Shown one piece after another: positions 59,273 to 64,000 of a DNA stretch of 64,000 nt. Location: positions 1,349 through 65,348 of the forward strand of contig CAZLRZ010000001.1 of NCBI GenBank assembly GCA_964562165.1, given 5' to 3'. The stretch comes from an uncultured Candidatus Saccharibacteria bacterium (GTDB lineage Bacteria > Patescibacteriota > Dojkabacteria > B142 > OLB20). Position numbers and translations under genes: made by a program. The first letter of the stretch is position 1; each line of letters begins with the position of its first letter. A model generated the notes under the pieces. It searched no databases, had not been told where the DNA came from, and saw nothing but the letters and a program-made list of their open reading frames with translations.

Positions 59273-59990
59273 CCTTTTTCTTGTACAAATAGAATCCGGT
59301 TATTATCAAAAATAGGCCGCCTACTACAGCGGAAATACTTCCTGGAGTGTCAAATAGTGCTGTATCCGGAGTTCTGCCAAAAGTTGGTTTAACCATGTCG
59401 GTATAATTTACAGTTGTTGGACTTGCCGTAATGGTTCCCTCTCCAACAATCAAATTCACTCCTTGAGTTGCCACAAGCACATTGGTTTGATCGGCTTTCT
59501 TTAGACTTGATTCTTGTTTAACTATCGAAAATTCCCCAATACCATCTTTTATAGCCCTGACTTTGATTTTTGCAACAACCATATTGGTCAGGGTAGCCGC
59601 TCCAGTTTGAGAACTTGCCTCAACCCTGATCAGCCCATTTGCCTTATCAACACTATTAACCGAACTAACAAAAAATGTATTCAAATAGTTTATTTGGATA
59701 TTTTGCACAGTTGTATTAGAATCAACAACTTCAAAAACATTGGTGTCATACGCAATAGTAAATTTTAAGGATTTTATTTCTTCACTATTACTAAAAACAC
59801 TAACACTAACATCGGTTTCACTGCCTTTATCCAAACTCACAACATCGGCTTTTAATGAAATACTCCCCCCTGTAACAGGCGCAGTAATAGTAGGAACCCC
59901 GGTAATTGTACCAGCAGGAGGGACAAACGGAATAGTTGGCGATGTAATATCATCAACACCCAACGCTTTTGCTATAGCAAATAAATTCAT
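59250..59990 (-). CDS. Cohesin-domain surface protein with a sortase-like C-terminal anchor
   Basis: P/T-rich linker; cohesin-like FTIAYDTNVFEVV; TPDTA + TM + KKK. Confidence 0.7.
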   Translation of the reverse strand: MNLFAIAKALGVDDITSPTIPFVPPAGTITGVPTITAPVTGGSISLKADVVSLDKGSETDVSVSVFSNSEEIKSLKFTIAYDTNVFEVVDSNTTVQNIQINYLNTFFVSSVNSVDKANGLIRVEASSQTGAATLTNMVVAKIKVRAIKDGIGEFSIVKQESSLKKADQTNVLVATQGVNLIVGEGTITASPTTVNYTDMVKPTFGRTPDTALFDTPGSISAVVGGLFLIITGFYLYKKKDGHDLQR

Positions 59991-60073
59991 AGATAAATTG
60001 TGACACGATGGATTTTTTTTGTAAAGTATAATTGAGGATTTAGAATCGGTATATAATTATGATATAATTTAGT

Positions 60074-60598
60074 ATGAGATTGTATGCCAACCCAAAAACA
60101 GATAAATATCCAACTATTCGACATATAGACATTATGACTGGGGATAAGCTAGTCGGCACCTTTGATGCAAAAACATCAAACGACGGCGCACGGCTTTTTT
60201 ATCCACCTGAAATTTTAAGTCTTTTTCAGAATGAGTTTGCTTGGTGTTCAGATCTTAAAGTCACGGAACCTTTCTTAAGACAGGGATATGGCACACCAAC
60301 ATGGGCGCTAGGAGTTGTTGGAGTTTTAATGTCTAACCCCAGAACATACAATTTCTATACGGTTGATAAAGCCCGAAATCCAAAGGAGCCTGAAGGAAAT
60401 TATACAAATTGGACAACAAATCATATTGAACCTATGTTTGAACTGCTTAGAAAGAAGTTTGGAGTAGAGGCTAACATATTATGGGCCACTACATACGCTC
60501 ATAGGAATCATTTTTTTTGGCAAGCTTTGGGGGATCCTCAAGAAAGGACTTTTTTAAGAAAAAATTTTGAGAATGGCCATTTTTATTTAGATATTTAG
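60074..60598 (+). CDS. Hypothetical protein, possibly a degenerate GNAT fold
   Basis: V.EPFLRQGYGT resembles the acetyl-CoA motif A; TGaTATAAT 5 nt before the ATG. Confidence 0.55.
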   Translation: MRLYANPKTDKYPTIRHIDIMTGDKLVGTFDAKTSNDGARLFYPPEILSLFQNEFAWCSDLKVTEPFLRQGYGTPTWALGVVGVLMSNPRTYNFYTVDKARNPKEPEGNYTNWTTNHIEPMFELLRKKFGVEANILWATTYAHRNHFFWQALGDPQERTFLRKNFENGHFYLDI

Positions 60599-60657
60599 TA
60601 ATAATTTATACATTGATGTTTAATGTTGTATAATCAGCTATATCAATTCAGCAAATC

Positions 60658-61191
60658 ATGAATAAAAACACATTGATTTTTGCTATTGGACTTATCCCCC
60701 TAATTCTCTTAATAGCTCTTGTGGTAATTGTTCTTAATAGGAACAACTTAAATAATAGTGATGTTGAACAAATATTAATTTCTCCATCGGCTACTATTCA
60801 AAATACTCAAACTGCTATTATCGAAGAAACTCCACAAGAGGTGCTTGAAAAGTTTTTCCGATACATTAACGAAGACAAAATAAATTTAGCTCTTGATATT
60901 CTTAGTGAAAAACTAGTCGGGAACGATCCTCCACAGCTGAATTCGACTTTACAAGCTTATGGCGTCACTTTTAACCACTGGGAAAGTGTTGAATTGACTA
61001 AAGTTGATCTTATCGAAGACCTTTCAAATTCTAATACCGCTATTTTTTTAGTTGATTTTGATTTGAAGTTTAAGCCCAATGTTAGCGAACCTGTATATAA
61101 TGAAGGTCAAAACACTAGATTTATCACTCTTGAAAAAACAGAAGAATTGAATAGTATTTGGGAAATCACTTCAATTGCGACTTCTTTTTAG
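60658..61191 (+). CDS. Membrane-anchored extracellular protein (NTF2/DUF4829-like)
   Basis: N-terminal TM; TPQEVLEKFF.YIN...RFITL...WEITSIAT. Confidence 0.65.
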   Translation: MNKNTLIFAIGLIPLILLIALVVIVLNRNNLNNSDVEQILISPSATIQNTQTAIIEETPQEVLEKFFRYINEDKINLALDILSEKLVGNDPPQLNSTLQAYGVTFNHWESVELTKVDLIEDLSNSNTAIFLVDFDLKFKPNVSEPVYNEGQNTRFITLEKTEELNSIWEITSIATSF

Positions 61192-62546
61192 AATCCGACC
61201 GGGAACTTTAAGCATAATTCCTCAACTTCTTTTTTGGTGGAAATTATCACGGGAGAACTTTTTACTTGTTCCTGAAAAGCCTCAAAATCCATTCCCGCCC
61301 ATTGTTTAACTTCTTCGACAACATTGTTGATCCATTTTGCAATTAAAAGCATCTCAGCCTTTCCTAACCCCCTAGTTGTTATTGATGGAGTACCTAGTCG
61401 AATAGCAGATGGATCGGCTGGGGAACGTTTTTCACCCGGCATTGTATTCATATTACAAACTAAGCCCGCAAAATTTAAAGCTCTAGCTGTGTATTTGCCA
61501 AAAATCCCCTTTTTTGTCATGTCTATTAAGATTAAATGCTTGTCAGTTCCGCCTGTTAACAAATCAAAGCCATAGCTACTTAAGGCCTCGGCTAATGCTT
61601 TTGCATTATCTATTACGGCTTTTGCATAAAGTTTAAAATCATCCTGTAAAGCTTCACCTAGGCCAACGCAAATTCCGGCGATATTATTGTTGAAGGGGCC
61701 ACCTTGAAGCCCTGGCAATACTCCTTTGTTAATTTTTTTAATTAAATCGCTTCGACCTAAGATTATTGCTCCTCGACCTGATCGCAAAGTTTTATGAGTT
61801 GTCATAGTGACAATATCAGCAATCCCAACGGGTGAATTCAAAACAGAAGCGGCAATTAATCCGGCTTCATGGGCAATATCGGCCATATATAGAGCGCCAA
61901 CAGAATCTGCAATGGCTTTCATTTTTTTATAATCAATATCTCTAGGATATGCAGTCCCACCGGTAATTATTAAATTAGGCTTGTACTTATTTGCCAATTC
62001 CTGAATTTGATCATAATCAAAAAGATGGGTTTTCGGGTCGGTTTTATACTGAACAATGTTATACAATCTTGAAGAAATGTTTACTTTTTTTGTACCACCT
62101 AGGTAAACTTCGCTTGAAGTTTCACCCTTGTCTTTAGCGGGAGAATATGACCAGCCATGTGACAAGTGGCCACCATCGGGCAAGTACATCGATAGGATCG
62201 TTGATCCAGGAGGCAACACTCCTAAATATACAGCAATATTAGCATTACTTCCGGCTAATGCCTGAACGTTTACTGACCAATCGGCTGGTAAATTAAAAAG
62301 CTTTTTTGCTCTTTCCATAGCTAAGGATTCTAGCGCATCAACATATTCATTACCTTCGTAATATCTAGCTCCCACATTGCCTTCTGAATATTTTTGCATA
62401 AATATTGACCCAACGGCTTCTCTGACTGCCGGACTAAATATGTTTTCGGATGGAATTAAAGACAAGTTTGTACGCTGTCTATTGGCTTCTTTGTCAATTA
62501 AATCGGCTACTTCATGGTCTTGTTCGGAAAGTTTTTTTGTATTCAT
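61188..62546 (-). CDS. glyA: Serine hydroxymethyltransferase
   Basis: LIPSEN, KYSEG, GGHLSHG, TTHKTLR, QGGP, GTDKHL, RLGTP. Confidence 0.97.
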   Translation of the reverse strand: MNTKKLSEQDHEVADLIDKEANRQRTNLSLIPSENIFSPAVREAVGSIFMQKYSEGNVGARYYEGNEYVDALESLAMERAKKLFNLPADWSVNVQALAGSNANIAVYLGVLPPGSTILSMYLPDGGHLSHGWSYSPAKDKGETSSEVYLGGTKKVNISSRLYNIVQYKTDPKTHLFDYDQIQELANKYKPNLIITGGTAYPRDIDYKKMKAIADSVGALYMADIAHEAGLIAASVLNSPVGIADIVTMTTHKTLRSGRGAIILGRSDLIKKINKGVLPGLQGGPFNNNIAGICVGLGEALQDDFKLYAKAVIDNAKALAEALSSYGFDLLTGGTDKHLILIDMTKKGIFGKYTARALNFAGLVCNMNTMPGEKRSPADPSAIRLGTPSITTRGLGKAEMLLIAKWINNVVEEVKQWAGMDFEAFQEQVKSSPVIISTKKEVEELCLKFPVGF

Positions 62547-62615
62547 TGTAAATTTTGTAAACTATAGATTATGATATGATATGATTCTTTACGAAGCAAA
62601 TTTTAATCTTAAATA

Positions 62616-63947
62616 ATGATGCAGAATTCAAAATCTCTATCCATAGGTATAATTGGTGGCGGAATTTTAGGTCTAACATTAGCTCACAAATTATCTAAGA
62701 ACGGCTTTGACGTCACCATTATTGAAAAGTCACCTGAAGTTGGCGGCCTTGCCTCTGGATTAAAAATTGAAAATCAACATATAGAAAAATTTTACCACCA
62801 CTTTTTTAAAAGCGACATAGATTTACAAAATTTACTTGAGGAATTAGGACTAAAAGACACTATTGAGTGGATCCCCAGCAAAATGGGCTTATTTGATGGA
62901 GTAAAACTTCTATCTTTTTCATCAGCATTAGATATCTTAACTTTCCCTAAACTAAACATATTTAATAGATTTAGACTCGGATTTGTCAGCTTTTATCTAC
63001 AAAAGACCAATAACATCAAGCAATTTGAGAAATGGACCGCTTATGATTGGTGCAATAAGTATTTTGGCAAAACTGTAACAGATGTAATGTGGAAGCCTTT
63101 ATTAGAATCCAAATTTGAAGGCGAATACAAAAACATTGCTATGACTTGGTTCTGGACTAGAATCCACGATAGATCAAGCTCAAGGGACTTCCCAACCAAA
63201 GATGAAAAGCTCGGATATATCGAAGGAAGCTTCCACACTTTAATTTCAGCACTTGAGAAATCCATATTAGAAAATGGCGGGAATATATTTAAAAACTCAA
63301 CAATAACAGGTTATTCAAGGATTAAAGATCAACATAAGATTGGATTTACAGACGGAATCAATAAGAAAATCGAAAAGAAGTTTGATATTGTAGTTTCGAC
63401 AATACCACCAAAGTTTTTTATTCAGCTTTTTAATCCACCCAAAAAATTTGCCGAGAAATTAAAGAAAATTAAATTTATTGGTGCATATTGTTTCATCCTT
63501 ACATTAAAGACAGGGCTTAGTAAGTATTACTGGACAAGCGTTAACGACACTTCAGCTCCATTTGTGGCTTTAGTTGAACATACAAATTTAATTTCCAAAT
63601 CAAAATTTAATGGCAAATCGATAGTTTATCTTGGTAAATATACGAATGTTAATTCCGAATTATTTAAAGCTACTAAAGAAGAATTATTAGAAAAATGTAT
63701 AAATTATTTGAAAAAGATTAAACCCGATTTCGATTATCAGACTATCGAATCCGTGGAATTCTTCAAAGCTCCTGAAGCTCAGCATATTGCAACAACCGAC
63801 TTCGAAATACTATCATATAAATCAGGGCAAAAAGGACTACTTTTTGCTCATTTCGCTCAGATCTTCCCCCACGATCGAGGCACAAATTATGCAATTGCCC
63901 AAGCAAATGAAATATTTAATTTAATAGATTCTAATAAATGGAAATAA
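62616..63947 (+). CDS. FAD-dependent oxidoreductase (protoporphyrinogen-oxidase-like family)
   Basis: GGGILG, EKSPEVGGL, EKFYHH, PHDRG. Confidence 0.85.
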   Translation: MMQNSKSLSIGIIGGGILGLTLAHKLSKNGFDVTIIEKSPEVGGLASGLKIENQHIEKFYHHFFKSDIDLQNLLEELGLKDTIEWIPSKMGLFDGVKLLSFSSALDILTFPKLNIFNRFRLGFVSFYLQKTNNIKQFEKWTAYDWCNKYFGKTVTDVMWKPLLESKFEGEYKNIAMTWFWTRIHDRSSSRDFPTKDEKLGYIEGSFHTLISALEKSILENGGNIFKNSTITGYSRIKDQHKIGFTDGINKKIEKKFDIVVSTIPPKFFIQLFNPPKKFAEKLKKIKFIGAYCFILTLKTGLSKYYWTSVNDTSAPFVALVEHTNLISKSKFNGKSIVYLGKYTNVNSELFKATKEELLEKCINYLKKIKPDFDYQTIESVEFFKAPEAQHIATTDFEILSYKSGQKGLLFAHFAQIFPHDRGTNYAIAQANEIFNLIDSNKWK

Positions 63948-64000
63948 AATATACGATTATCTGGTATTTGATTTTCTTGTGTTTTAACGTTATTGGGCTT
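63938..64000 (+). CDS. 5' end of a probable membrane protein, truncated by the window edge
   Basis: Open frame MEIKYTIIWYLIFLCFNVIGL overlapping the upstream stop. Confidence 0.55.
   Translation, partial: MEIKYTIIWYLIFLCFNVIGL

Noticed and set aside
1600-63265. Many short ORFs overlapping real genes (e.g. 11206-11709, 44248-44700, 48615-49010, 24931-25341)
   Set aside because: Antisense or off-frame shadows of well-supported genes, with no recognisable motifs
1-64000. Alternative genetic code (UGA=Gly, as in Gracilibacteria/Absconditabacteria)
   Set aside because: Conserved genes are full length in code 11, and TGA ends genes at the expected places (aspS, sufC, sufD)
1-64000. CRISPR arrays, tRNA/rRNA genes, introns/inteins, IS elements
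   Set aside because: Intergenic gaps are short and largely explained; no spaced repeats, cloverleaf, intein or transposase motifs were seen by eye

Overview
AT-rich chromosomal window of a reduced-genome bacterium read in genetic code 11. It is most likely CPR/Patescibacteria, possibly Dojkabacteria-like; this is inferred from the missing uL30 in the spc block, a PrgI/VirB4-like cluster, archaeal-type AspRS, tandem-domain ThyX and Elp3. It holds fusA-tuf-S10-spc-alpha-L13/S9, an unannotated RNase P RNA, an unannotated rpmJ, a T-box riboswitch ahead of an AspRS-YbaK fusion and sufCBDS, a CIRCE-controlled hsp20, secDF, sugar/pentose-phosphate genes and envelope proteins. I found no CRISPR array, tRNA, rRNA, IS or prophage. 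Best candidate for an undescribed system: an Elp3 + Trm9-like pair (eukaryote/archaea-type mcm5U34 tRNA pathway) expressed from back-to-back promoters next to fusA, with SUF as possible Fe-S supply. Also notable: recurrent leaderless promoter geometry, rewired G motifs in EF-Tu and EF-G, SecDF lacking proton-relay residues, a His-less Rpe, a membrane-spanning pseudo-epimerase/DUF4012 fusion and a homopolymer frameshift in a signal peptide. All family calls come from motif recognition by eye; no database search was run.
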